The translations under genes were made by a program, and so were the position numbers. The notes beneath the pieces were generated by a model. That model was not told where the DNA came from. It searched no databases and was given only the letters and a program-made list of their open reading frames with translations. Below are positions 25,317 through 35,024 of a DNA stretch of 40,447 bases, piece after piece; position 1 is the stretch's first letter, and every line of letters begins with the position of its first letter. The DNA comes from a bacterium (GTDB lineage Bacteria > Zhuqueibacterota > Zhuqueibacteria > Oceanimicrobiales > Oceanimicrobiaceae): NCBI GenBank assembly GCA_046758365.1, contig JBHIAC010000011.1, positions 1 through 40,447 of the forward strand, read 5' to 3'.

Positions 25317-27341
25317 ATGAACAGGAAGTTTAATATAATTTTCCTTTTAGTAATTTTCTTCACCTTCACCTATCAGACTTTCCCTCAAATTCAAAAGCGC
25401 GCCGTGATAGATACTTCCAAGTTTAATCGCTTGTATGAAATTGAACCCAATCAATTTTTTCAAGGAACAGCACCATCTTCTCAGAATTATGTAAAGAAGA
25501 GTTTAGGCCTCGAAGGAGCCGTTTCTACGGGTGAGGAATCCGCATCCAAACCATTAACCCTTTACGGTTTTGATCTATTTAACAAAGGAGGCCCTGACGT
25601 TTTTAAAGCAGAAGCAGGATTCTTTGCTTTACCACCCAATTATAGAATAGGTCCGGGGGATAGAATTGGAATTTATCTCTTGGGAAATGTCCAGGAAAAT
25701 CGCCAAGTAACGGTAAATGTGGAGGGAAAAGTTTTAGTGCCACCCACTGGCGTATTGCATGTTTGGGGTATGAGGATGGACGAGTTTAAAAACCTTCTAA
25801 CCAAAAAATTCTCACAATATTATGACAACTTCACGGTAGATTTAATGCTATTGCAGCCAAAAAACGTTTTGATTTCTGTGGTTGGAGATGTTGTTCGACC
25901 GGGCAAATATATATTAAGCGCAATGAATACTGTCTTGGATGCTGTTATTTTGTCTGGAGGCCCCACTGAAAAAGGTTCTCTTAGAGAAATACATCTAATC
26001 CGCGATGGAAAGCTCTTTGCCTCGGTTGATTTATATCAATTTCTCATGAGCGGTAAAAAAGATTATGATTTCTTTTTGGAAGCCGGAGATCGTATTTTTA
26101 TTCCTTTGTCTGAAAGCAAAGTTACTGTTATAGGAGAAGTGAAACGCCCATCCATTTTTGAACTTAAACCCGGTGGAAATGAAAGGTTAACCGATGTGAT
26201 TGAATTAGCAGGGGGACTCACAGAATATGCTTTTGAAGATAAAATAGAAATCAGCCGTTTAATGAATAATGGATATCGAGAACTTTTGTATGTTAGCGCT
26301 CGAGAAATTGCTCAAGGCGACTCTTCTCAAAATATCTTATTACAGAATAAAGATCGAGTGCGGGTTTATTCAAAATTAGAACAGATTCATAAACGAACGG
26401 TTTCTATCTTCGGAGAAATTCGAAGACCAGGTACTTATGTATTAGAAGATAATATGCGCTTAAGTGATCTTATTCTCAAAGCTGGTAATCTGACTAGAAA
26501 GGCGTACACGTTAGAAGCTGAAGTAGCCAAAATTGATCCTGGTAAGCCTACAAAATTTCTTAAAGTAGATTTAGATAAAATCACCAACGGCAGTAATGGT
26601 CAAGCGGATATACTTCTTGAAGAAGACGATCAAGTTTTTATTAGGCAAATTCCTGAATGGGAAGTAGGCTTAACGGTAGATGTGAAGGGGGAAGTGATGT
26701 TTCCAGGCAAATATTCTATTGTTAGGGACAGCACTTATTTAAGTGAAGTATTGCATAAAGCAGGGGGCTTTACTAAAGATGCTTTTCTACAGGAAGCTTA
26801 TGTTTTGAGAACCAACACACGATTCAAATATGACAAAGAATATGAACGATTAAAAAAAATGCGACGAGATGAAATGAGCGACTTGGAATATCAATATTTT
26901 GTCATGAGACAGAACACAGCAGAAATAAACCAGGTCGTTGTGGACTTCGAAAAATTGGTGTATGAAAATGACCGGAATGAAGATATCATTTTAGAAGATG
27001 GTGATGTCATTATAATTCCTCGAGTACCGCAAGTGGTCACGGTCACAGGGCGGGTGGCAAAACCAGGGGGTGTTACATTTATTCCAGTCGCAAATATGGC
27101 CTATTATTTAACAAAAGCTGGCGGCCCTTCTTGGGACGCCAACTTAAAAAAAACCAAAATCATTAAAGTAACTGGTGAAGTCCTTGACGATGAAGAGGTT
27201 AAAGATTTCGAACCCGGAGATATTATCTGGGTGCCTCGGAAATCTGATAAAAAATTCTGGCCGATTGCTCTTCAGACCGTGACAGTCATGGCCCAATTAG
27301 CTTCCATATTTCTCATCATCGATACTGCCATAAACCGATAA
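25317..27341 (+). CDS. Polysaccharide export protein with multiple SLBB domains (Wza/KpsD-like)
   Basis: YRIGPGD poly-export motif and repeated V.GEV.RPG.Y...L.D.I..AGG SLBB units. Confidence 0.9.
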   Translation: MNRKFNIIFLLVIFFTFTYQTFPQIQKRAVIDTSKFNRLYEIEPNQFFQGTAPSSQNYVKKSLGLEGAVSTGEESASKPLTLYGFDLFNKGGPDVFKAEAGFFALPPNYRIGPGDRIGIYLLGNVQENRQVTVNVEGKVLVPPTGVLHVWGMRMDEFKNLLTKKFSQYYDNFTVDLMLLQPKNVLISVVGDVVRPGKYILSAMNTVLDAVILSGGPTEKGSLREIHLIRDGKLFASVDLYQFLMSGKKDYDFFLEAGDRIFIPLSESKVTVIGEVKRPSIFELKPGGNERLTDVIELAGGLTEYAFEDKIEISRLMNNGYRELLYVSAREIAQGDSSQNILLQNKDRVRVYSKLEQIHKRTVSIFGEIRRPGTYVLEDNMRLSDLILKAGNLTRKAYTLEAEVAKIDPGKPTKFLKVDLDKITNGSNGQADILLEEDDQVFIRQIPEWEVGLTVDVKGEVMFPGKYSIVRDSTYLSEVLHKAGGFTKDAFLQEAYVLRTNTRFKYDKEYERLKKMRRDEMSDLEYQYFVMRQNTAEINQVVVDFEKLVYENDRNEDIILEDGDVIIIPRVPQVVTVTGRVAKPGGVTFIPVANMAYYLTKAGGPSWDANLKKTKIIKVTGEVLDDEEVKDFEPGDIIWVPRKSDKKFWPIALQTVTVMAQLASIFLIIDTAINR

Positions 27342-27347
27342 TTAGTT

Positions 27348-28634
27348 ATGGACAACTCATCTAAAAAATACGACAGTCCAACTGACGAAATCGATCTACT
27401 AGATTACTTAACTGTAATCATCAAACGGCGTCGAATGATCATTCGAAATTCTCTTATAGCGGCGGTGTTCATGACTATCCTTAGCTTTTTGCTGCCAAGT
27501 ACTTATACGGCTACTACTACCCTTTTACCTCCGGATAAGGGGGATCAACAAGGACTTAGAAGTTTACTCACAAATACTCCTATGTCATTTTTTAATCTAC
27601 CCGGACTCCAAGCCAATTCTTCGGAGCTTTTTGTGGAGATTTTAAAAAGCCGAACGGTAGCAGAAGGGGTTTTGAAAAGAAAGTATAAATATAAAAACCA
27701 AAATCAAGATTTATTTGAAATTTGGAATTTAGACAGTAAAGAAAAAGAAAAAACTGTAAAAAGACTCCATAAAAAGGCCAATATTATAGCTAACGAACAA
27801 GGGGTCATTCAGATATCTGTTGAATTAAAGGATCCTAAACTTGCGGCCCAAGTGGCCAATGCTTTTGCTTCAGAACTCGATAAAGTGAATCAAGAAAAAA
27901 GTGTCTCAAAAGCTAAAAATTCGCGCATCTATATTGAAGAACAGCTCAAAAAAACAGAAACGAGCTTAAAAAATGCATCGCAAACACTGGCAGAGTTTCA
28001 AGCACAACATAAAGCTGTAGCTTTAGAAGATCAAACTAAAGTGGCCATAGAAAAGGCCGGGGAAATAAAAGGCACTATCATGGCTAAAGAAGTCCAATTT
28101 GAAGTGGCCCTCCAAACCATGAAGCCAGACAACCCTGTGGTGATTCGGTTACAAAAAGAATTAGAAGAGCTAACAAAACAGTATGAACATCTCCAATTCG
28201 GTAATGATGTCGCCTTAGAACAACAGCGAGATTACTTCATACCCTTTGCCAATGTACCCGAGGTGGGGCGGAAGTTGGCTGAATTAATACGTGAGGTTAA
28301 AGTCCAAGAAACCGTTTGGCAGTTATTAAACCAGCAGTATTACAGTACAAAAATCCAAGAGGCTCGAGATACCCCAACTGTACAAATATTGGACGAAGCC
28401 GTGCCTCCCGAAATACGTACCAGCCCCAAAAGAAAACTTTTAGTTCTGGTGGGTTCTTTTTTGACTTTTTGTTTTAGCGTTTTTTTGGCTTTTGTATTAG
28501 AATATGGCGAGCGGATTAGACAGAGAGAAGAAGAGTATAAAAAAATCAAACACATAATTAGGCAATTAAATAATGATTATCAAGAAATTAAAACTACAAT
28601 CAATAAATACTTAACAAAAATTAAGAAAAAATAA
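27348..28634 (+). CDS. Polysaccharide co-polymerase / chain-length determinant (Wzz/GumC-like, no kinase domain)
   Basis: DEIDLLDY N-terminus, two TM segments around a coiled coil, VQILDEAVPP...SPKR motif. Confidence 0.88.
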   Translation: MDNSSKKYDSPTDEIDLLDYLTVIIKRRRMIIRNSLIAAVFMTILSFLLPSTYTATTTLLPPDKGDQQGLRSLLTNTPMSFFNLPGLQANSSELFVEILKSRTVAEGVLKRKYKYKNQNQDLFEIWNLDSKEKEKTVKRLHKKANIIANEQGVIQISVELKDPKLAAQVANAFASELDKVNQEKSVSKAKNSRIYIEEQLKKTETSLKNASQTLAEFQAQHKAVALEDQTKVAIEKAGEIKGTIMAKEVQFEVALQTMKPDNPVVIRLQKELEELTKQYEHLQFGNDVALEQQRDYFIPFANVPEVGRKLAELIREVKVQETVWQLLNQQYYSTKIQEARDTPTVQILDEAVPPEIRTSPKRKLLVLVGSFLTFCFSVFLAFVLEYGERIRQREEEYKKIKHIIRQLNNDYQEIKTTINKYLTKIKKK

Positions 28635-28940
28635 TGAAATTTAACCGCATATAATAACCACATAAAATTCTTACTGAACACAAAATTTTGAAGAAAAAGG
28701 GTTTATGTTATTTTGATTATTTCTTTAGGCTTATCAATAAGATAAGCACTGGGAGGCTTTAAAAATGTTTAGCTAAAATAAAATAAAAGGGGGTGCTTTT
28801 CACGGCAATACCAATAGGGACATAATTTATTTGAACACCCTCAACGTTTATCTTCCTTACTCATTTCATTAATATTTGTTTTTCTGCGTTCTATTAATTA
28901 CTCGGATTTTGACTTGGGATTATTTTTGAAAAGCAACCAT

Positions 28941-29039
28941 GACGTAGGTGCAAAAAGGTAGTTAACTAAAAATCTTAAGTTGAAGATTTTGAAATTGCTA
29001 TTGCTTAAAGTTGAAATTATCTGTTTTTGCACCAACGTC
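28941..29039 (+). mobile_element. MITE-like element, copy 2
   Basis: GACGTAGGTGCAAAAA...TTTTTGCACCAACGTC; flanks AACCAT / AATCAT (6-bp duplication, one mismatch). Confidence 0.85.
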
Positions 29040-29076
29040 AATCATTATTAATAAAAATGTACAAGGACAATCAGCT

Positions 29077-30792
29077 TTGACTAAGCCTCTTTTAAAAATA
29101 ACAAATTTTAGTATCTTGATTTATCTTATTTTCAAACCTATTCCCCTGGCGTCTCAATCGGTTTATGTCCCATTGAATCACTGGGCCTATGATTTTATCG
29201 AGCGCTTTGAAGCCAAAGGATTCATCACCCGAGCCCTTAATGGTACCCGACCTTACAGCAGGATTGAAATGGTAGGCTATCTTTTGCAAATTAATGAAAA
29301 GTTGAAGGCCGGCTATTACTTAAATTCTGTGGAGTATAATCAATTGGAGTTTCTTCGTTTTGAATTTAAAGAAGAGTTTGAGCAACTTACAGGTAATAAC
29401 AGCATCAGCTACCCAACTAAGTTGGAAAAAATTAAAGAAAATAAAATAATTAGAAAAATTCTCCCATCTTTTATCTATAAAAATAACCGGAATTTTTTAC
29501 AAATTAGAAAAGAGGCTATTCAGGCGTATTTTGATCCAATCTTTTATCAGCAATGGCTTTATGCTAACCCGGATTCCATATCCGGAACAGAAAAAGTTTT
29601 ACAACGAACTCACGGACTTACTTTTTGGGGGAGTTTGGGCCGCCATATAGGCTTTTTCTTTGACTTTCGGGACACCAAAGAATGGGGCAGTAAAGCCTAT
29701 CCAAGAGAGTTTGATATTACGGCAGAAGGTCTGGGGTTTGTGAATGGCTATGGCACACATCTCTGGCACGATGAAACAGTGGCCTATTTGGTATTTGAGG
29801 TTCCCTATTTGCAAATCATTTTGGGTAAAGATTTTAACTATTGGGGTCCTGGATTTAATGGGGCTCTGGGTTTGTCAAACTATGCTACTTCTTATGACCA
29901 AATAAAACTCCAGACCAAATTTTGGCGCTTGAAATTCACTTATATCTGGGGGTTCCTTCGAACCTTTCCTACCCTTTTAAATGAGAATGGTGGAACCAAG
30001 TCCAAAAATTTGGTGGCTCATAGACTGGAAGTTGATGTGGCCAAATGGTTGGATATTGGCCTTTATGAAACTGTTATTTTTGGAAATCGACGATTTGAAT
30101 TGGCCTATATTAATCCGATGAATTTTTATCGTTCGGCTGAACACTTCCTAGGGGATGATGACAATGCAGCCATGGGGGTAGACATTGAATTCTTGCTTAT
30201 CCCAAATGTTAAACTTTACGGTGAACTGTTCATTGATGATTTGTCAACCTCGAAATTAGGAACGGGTTATAATGGTAACAAAGTAGGCTTTTTAGCCGGT
30301 AGCTTATGGGTTGATGCTTTTAAAATCCCTAATTTAGATACACGGATTGAATATGCACGAACCAGACCTTACATATATAGCCATAGAAAAGAAATTAACA
30401 AATACACAAACTTTACCACCGGTTTGGGACATTGGATCGGTCCCAATGCTGATGATCTGTTAATTCGAATGCAGTATCGATTGTCTAAAAGTTTCTTTAT
30501 TGCTTTTAATTTCGAAACCTATCGTCATGGGGCAAACGAACCTAATAGAAATGTGGGAGGCGATATCAACCTTCCGGTTGAAAGCGGGGGCGAAGCCTAT
30601 GTTGAGTTTTTAGACGGCATTCGTGAAAGAAGAAATCGCTTTGGCTTTGAGGTCAGTTACGAAATATTTAGAAATTTCTATTTGGGTTTGAATTTCAATA
30701 CCGGGTCTTCCAAAAACATGCTGCTACCCGATGGGAACCGGGGCCCGGTAGGTAGAAGTGAGCTTTTGTTTAATATTGGTCTGAATCGGTGA
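29077..30792 (+). CDS. Capsule assembly Wzi-family outer-membrane protein
   Basis: Signal peptide then VYVPLNHWAYDFIER, RPYSR, WGPG, AHRLE, KLYGELFIDD, GHWIGPNAD motifs; amphipathic strands. TTG at 29077 after AAGGA preferred, since the ORF-track start at 29011 lies inside the MITE. Confidence 0.78.
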   Translation: MTKPLLKITNFSILIYLIFKPIPLASQSVYVPLNHWAYDFIERFEAKGFITRALNGTRPYSRIEMVGYLLQINEKLKAGYYLNSVEYNQLEFLRFEFKEEFEQLTGNNSISYPTKLEKIKENKIIRKILPSFIYKNNRNFLQIRKEAIQAYFDPIFYQQWLYANPDSISGTEKVLQRTHGLTFWGSLGRHIGFFFDFRDTKEWGSKAYPREFDITAEGLGFVNGYGTHLWHDETVAYLVFEVPYLQIILGKDFNYWGPGFNGALGLSNYATSYDQIKLQTKFWRLKFTYIWGFLRTFPTLLNENGGTKSKNLVAHRLEVDVAKWLDIGLYETVIFGNRRFELAYINPMNFYRSAEHFLGDDDNAAMGVDIEFLLIPNVKLYGELFIDDLSTSKLGTGYNGNKVGFLAGSLWVDAFKIPNLDTRIEYARTRPYIYSHRKEINKYTNFTTGLGHWIGPNADDLLIRMQYRLSKSFFIAFNFETYRHGANEPNRNVGGDINLPVESGGEAYVEFLDGIRERRNRFGFEVSYEIFRNFYLGLNFNTGSSKNMLLPDGNRGPVGRSELLFNIGLNR

Positions 30793-30800
30793 GGGGTGAC

Positions 30801-31001
30801 CAGTGAATAGGGGAAAGTGAATAGTGAATAGTCAATAGTGAATATAGACAGTGAACAGTAAGCAGAGGACAGTGAGCAGTAAGTAGGGGACAGTGAACAG
30901 TAAGCAGTAAGCAGGGGATAGTGAACAGGCTCCAATTTTCACTTTAACCTTTTCACTATTCACTATTCACTTCTCACTGCATACCCTATACCTAATACCC
31001 T
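30801..31001. repeat. Heptamer tandem-repeat array with inverted complementary arm
   Basis: About 18 degenerate 7-mers (AGTGAAT/CAGTGAA/CAGTAAG) at 30801-30928, then complementary TCACTAT-type 7-mers at 30938-30980 and ATACCCT-like x3 at 30981-31001. Confidence 0.85.
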
Positions 31002-31020
31002 AAAACTAGAAAGGTAAACC

Positions 31021-32127
31021 ATGCAACCCATCCCACAAGCTGACTTGAAGGCACAGTACGAAACTATAAAAGATGAAATAAAAGAGGCGATCGAAGCGGT
31101 CTTGCAAAGCACCCAATTTGTTCGAGGTCGATTTGTCTACGAATTCGAAGAAAAGTTTTCTAGCTACTGTCAAAGCAAATACGCTGTTGGTGTTGGTAAT
31201 GGTACCGATGCTTTGTGCTTGGCTTTAAGAGCCGTGGGCATTCGACCCGGTGATGAGGTCATTACTGTACCGTTTACTTTTACCGCCACAGCCGAGGCCA
31301 TCCACTGGGTGGGCGCAAAGATTGTATTTGTAGATATTTCTCCTGATAACTATACCATGGACCTACAACAAGTTGAAGCGAAAATTACCGAAAAAACCAG
31401 AGCTATTATTCCAGTTCATTTGTATGGCCACCCAGCCGATATGGAGCCTATTTTAAACTTTGCCAAAAAATATAATCTGAAAGTAATTGAAGATGCCGCT
31501 CAAGCACATGGGGCGCTTTATAAAAATAAGAGAGTCGGCTCGTTGGGACATGCGGCAGGCTTCAGTTTTTATCCCGGCAAAAACCTTGGTGCTTATGGCG
31601 ATGGGGGTGCCGTGGTGACCAACAATCCCAATATTGCAGAAAATGTCAAAAAATTGGGGGACCATGGCTCTCTTAAAAAATACCAGAACGACGAGTTAGG
31701 ATTTAACAGCCGCTTAGACAGTCTTCAAGCAGCTATTCTGCAAGTAAAACTTGCATATCTAGACAAATGGAATCAAAGGCGACGGGAAATAGCAAAGCTT
31801 TTCGATCAGGCGTTTCAAGATCGGGAAGATGTCATTACGCCTAAAGTTTCACCCTGGGCAGTGCCGGTCTTTCATCTTTATGTGATTCAGGTGGAGCATC
31901 GAGATCCTCTCAAACAGAATTTGAATAAAATTGGCATTGGCGCTGGGGTGCATTATCCCAAGCCTCTGCACTTACTACAAGCCTACCAGTTTCTTGGATA
32001 TTCCAAAGGTAGTTTTCCCATTTCAGAACGACTGGCCGAGAAGGTTTTGAGTCTGCCAAACTATCCTGAAATGAGTGATGAGATGATAGAATATGTAGCA
32101 GAAAACGTGAAGAAATTGGTATCCTAA
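31021..32127 (+). CDS. DegT/DnrJ/EryC1/StrS-family PLP aminotransferase
   Basis: [45 protein letters not shown] motifs. Confidence 0.95.
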   Translation: MQPIPQADLKAQYETIKDEIKEAIEAVLQSTQFVRGRFVYEFEEKFSSYCQSKYAVGVGNGTDALCLALRAVGIRPGDEVITVPFTFTATAEAIHWVGAKIVFVDISPDNYTMDLQQVEAKITEKTRAIIPVHLYGHPADMEPILNFAKKYNLKVIEDAAQAHGALYKNKRVGSLGHAAGFSFYPGKNLGAYGDGGAVVTNNPNIAENVKKLGDHGSLKKYQNDELGFNSRLDSLQAAILQVKLAYLDKWNQRRREIAKLFDQAFQDREDVITPKVSPWAVPVFHLYVIQVEHRDPLKQNLNKIGIGAGVHYPKPLHLLQAYQFLGYSKGSFPISERLAEKVLSLPNYPEMSDEMIEYVAENVKKLVS

Positions 32128-32182
32128 ATTTACTTGATATAAGTTATATCTATAAATATAAAGATTTTGTGGGGAGATTTTA

Positions 32183-33196
32183 ATGAAAGTTCTCATAACA
32201 GGGGGTGCAGGTTTCATTGGTTCTCATCTTACAGATGCCCTGCTTAAAAATGGACATACCGTTACCATAATCGACGATCTTTCTACGGGTCGAATGGAAA
32301 ATATCGAGCACGTGAAAGCATTCCCACATTTTCGTTTTGCGATTGAAACTATTATGAATGAGACAGTGATGGATCGTTTGGTAAGCGAATGTGATGTAAT
32401 TTATCATTTAGCCTCTGCCGTAGGGGTTGAATTGATTGTAAGTCGACCTGTTGAGGTTATCGAGCGCTGTGTTTTAGGAACTGAAATAGTACTCAAAATT
32501 GCCAATCGTTATAAACGGAAAGTACTCATCACTTCAACTTCTGAAATTTATGGTAAAAATACTAAAATTCCTTTTAAAGAAGATGATGATCGACTTCTCG
32601 GTCCTACGATAAAGAGCCGATGGAGTTATTCTTGTGCTAAGGCCATTGATGAATTTTTTGCGTTAGCATACTTTAAAGAAAAGCAATTGTCCGTGGTAAT
32701 TGTTAGATTATTTAATACCATTGGTCCACGTCAAACAGGCCGATACGGAATGGTGGTACCACGTTTTATTGTTAATGCCATAAAAAATAAACTGTTGACC
32801 GTTTATGGAAATGGTAGTCAATCGCGTTGCTTCGCCTATGTTAGCGATGTAGTGGATGCTTTAATTAAACTCATGGATCATCCTAAAGCACTCGGGCAAA
32901 TCTTTAATGTTGGAAGCACCGAAGAGATTACAATCATGGATTTAGCGAAAAAAGTTAAAAAAATAGTAGGCAGTAAATCAGAAATAATCACGGTCCCGTA
33001 TGAAGATGCTTATGAATATGGTTTTGAAGATATGGCTCGACGCGTACCCGATTTAACCAAAATAGAGAATCTCATTGACTATCAACCGAAAGTAAAATTG
33101 GATGTGAGCATTAAACGCATTCATAACTATTTTCTTGAACAAAATTCTAATGGGAAAAAAGAAACAATGAATGACGTTGTTGTAAAAACAGGATAA
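32183..33196 (+). CDS. NAD-dependent nucleotide-sugar epimerase/dehydratase/decarboxylase (extended SDR)
   Basis: TGGAGFIGSH, TSTSEIYG, RWSYSCAK (YxxxK), RLFNTIGPRQ motifs. Confidence 0.92.
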   Translation: MKVLITGGAGFIGSHLTDALLKNGHTVTIIDDLSTGRMENIEHVKAFPHFRFAIETIMNETVMDRLVSECDVIYHLASAVGVELIVSRPVEVIERCVLGTEIVLKIANRYKRKVLITSTSEIYGKNTKIPFKEDDDRLLGPTIKSRWSYSCAKAIDEFFALAYFKEKQLSVVIVRLFNTIGPRQTGRYGMVVPRFIVNAIKNKLLTVYGNGSQSRCFAYVSDVVDALIKLMDHPKALGQIFNVGSTEEITIMDLAKKVKKIVGSKSEIITVPYEDAYEYGFEDMARRVPDLTKIENLIDYQPKVKLDVSIKRIHNYFLEQNSNGKKETMNDVVVKTG

Positions 33197-33272
33197 TATT
33201 AAACTTAAGCAATCTTAATTTCAATATTTACAACTTCAGATTTTTAACAAGCAACCTTTTTGCACCTACGTC
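33173..33272 (-). mobile_element. MITE-like element, copy 3 (reverse orientation)
   Basis: GACGTTGTTGTAAAAA...TTTTTGCACCTACGTC, the reverse complement of copies 1 and 2; flanked by ATGAAT at 33167-33172 and 33273-33278. Confidence 0.85.
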
Positions 33273-33344
33273 ATGAATTATTTATCTTTGAGAAAAAATT
33301 CTAGGGTTTTGTGATTTACTCCATAAATTAAAAGGGATTAGAAT

Positions 33345-34376
33345 ATGATACAACTTGCCCAAATCGGCGTGGGATATTGGGGCAAAAACTTGTTGCGGAA
33401 TTTTTATAGTCAACCACAGGCCTGTGTAAAAAAAATATGTGATTTGAACAAAAATGTATTAGAGAAATTATCTTTCGAATATCGGGATGTGACTCAAACT
33501 GTCCAAGCAGAAGAAATATTTGAGGATCATGAAATTGATGCTGTTGTTATTGCTACACCTGCTGATTCACATTTTTCATTAGCTCAAAAAGCTTTAGAGA
33601 GCGAAAAACACATTTTTGTAGAAAAGCCGCTTGCCTTAACGAGTGTTGAGTGCCAAAGGCTTAATAATTTAGCCCTTGAACGTAATCGTATTCTCATGGT
33701 AGGACATACATTTCTTTATAACGCTGCCGTAAATAAGGTTAAGGAATATATTATTGAAGAGTTGCTCGGAAATATTTATTATATATACTCCCAGCGTTTA
33801 AATTTGGGGCGGATACGCCAAGAGGTAAACGCTATGTGGAATTTTGCTCCACACGATATTTCTATCATTCTTCATTGGTTGGATAAATTACCCCATAAGG
33901 TGAGTGCGAGGGGTTACACATACATTCAAGATGAAATTCCGGATGTGGTGTTTCTCCATATGGAATTTGAAAACGGGGTTTCAGCGCAGATTCACGTAAG
34001 CTGGTTAGATCCTGGTAAAATGCGAAAAATGACCATAGTTGGCAGCAAAAAGATGATTGTATATGACGATGTAGAGGTTAATGCTAAAATTCAAATCTAC
34101 GATAAAGGGATAACTAAAAAAAACATCTCTGCTTCACTAGGCGATTTCGATAGTTTTGGGAAATTTCAACTTATTCATAGAGCAGGCGATCTGTTAGTGC
34201 CTAAAATTGATTTTGTCGAGCCTCTCAAAGTTCAATGTTCCCATTTTTTGGAATGTATCTTAAAGGGCAGGAAACCTATTACTGATGGTGAAAGTGGCTT
34301 AATCGTAGTAAAAATTCTTGAGGCCGCTCAAAAATCTATAGAAAACGATGGTAGGTCGGAGACTGTAATTTGGTAG
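33345..34376 (+). CDS. Gfo/Idh/MocA-family oxidoreductase (sugar 3-dehydrogenase-like)
   Basis: IGVGYWG, VVIATPA..H, VEKPLA, MVGH, APHDIS motifs. Confidence 0.9.
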   Translation: MIQLAQIGVGYWGKNLLRNFYSQPQACVKKICDLNKNVLEKLSFEYRDVTQTVQAEEIFEDHEIDAVVIATPADSHFSLAQKALESEKHIFVEKPLALTSVECQRLNNLALERNRILMVGHTFLYNAAVNKVKEYIIEELLGNIYYIYSQRLNLGRIRQEVNAMWNFAPHDISIILHWLDKLPHKVSARGYTYIQDEIPDVVFLHMEFENGVSAQIHVSWLDPGKMRKMTIVGSKKMIVYDDVEVNAKIQIYDKGITKKNISASLGDFDSFGKFQLIHRAGDLLVPKIDFVEPLKVQCSHFLECILKGRKPITDGESGLIVVKILEAAQKSIENDGRSETVIW

Positions 34377-34382
34377 ACATAA

Positions 34383-35012
34383 TTGGAAAATTATAAGATC
34401 TATAAAAATACTAGAATAGGTCCCAATTTCAACATTGGATTTTATGTCATTTTAGGTCATCCTCCTCGAGGTAAATCTGAAGGGGAGATGAAAACAATAA
34501 TTGGAGCTAACGCCATTATCCGTTCACATACAATAATTTATGCAGGAAACACCATTGGTGATAATTTACAAACCGGCCACAATGTAATGATTCGGGAAGA
34601 AAATAAAATCGGTGATAATGTGAGCATTGGCACCAGTACTATTATCGAACACCATGTGATTATAGAAAACAACGTTCGGATCCACTCGCAAACGTTTATA
34701 CCAGAGTATTCAATATTAGAAGAAGGTTGTTGGCTAGGACCAAATGTGGTTCTCACCAATGCATTACATCCTTTATGTCCCAAAGTACCGGAATGTATTA
34801 AAGGTCCTACAATCAAAAAAAATGTTAAAATTGGAGCCAATGCGACCTTATCACCAGACATCGTAATTGGTGAAGGGTCTTTAATTGGATCAGGTTCTGT
34901 TGTTGTAAAAGACGTACCATCTGGTGTTGTTGTGGCTGGGAATCCTGCAAAAATAATCAAGAATATAAATGAGCTTAATTGTCCATACGATTTAATTGAA
35001 AAACCATATTGA
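34383..35012 (+). CDS. Hexapeptide-repeat N-acyltransferase (WbpD/WlbB-like)
   Basis: IG.N hexapeptide repeats, GPNVVLTN, IGANAT, VVKDVP..VVAGNPA; TTG start. Confidence 0.88.
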   Translation: MENYKIYKNTRIGPNFNIGFYVILGHPPRGKSEGEMKTIIGANAIIRSHTIIYAGNTIGDNLQTGHNVMIREENKIGDNVSIGTSTIIEHHVIIENNVRIHSQTFIPEYSILEEGCWLGPNVVLTNALHPLCPKVPECIKGPTIKKNVKIGANATLSPDIVIGEGSLIGSGSVVVKDVPSGVVVAGNPAKIIKNINELNCPYDLIEKPY

Positions 35013-35024
35013 GTTTGATATTAA

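Noticed and set aside
28635..28940. Intergenic gap after wzz as a possible pseudogene or ops/antitermination site
   Set aside because: No credible ORF remnant or ops-like motif recognised.
29011..29076. ORF-track start of the Wzi-like gene
   Set aside because: Begins inside MITE copy 2; TTG at 29077 has an RBS and leads into a signal peptide.
30678..30935. 85-aa minus-strand ORF with YCSLS repeats
   Set aside because: Translation artefact of the heptamer array; overlaps the wzi 3' end antisense.
30801..31001. Possible CRISPR array
   Set aside because: The units are 7 bp with no unique spacers, and there are no cas genes.
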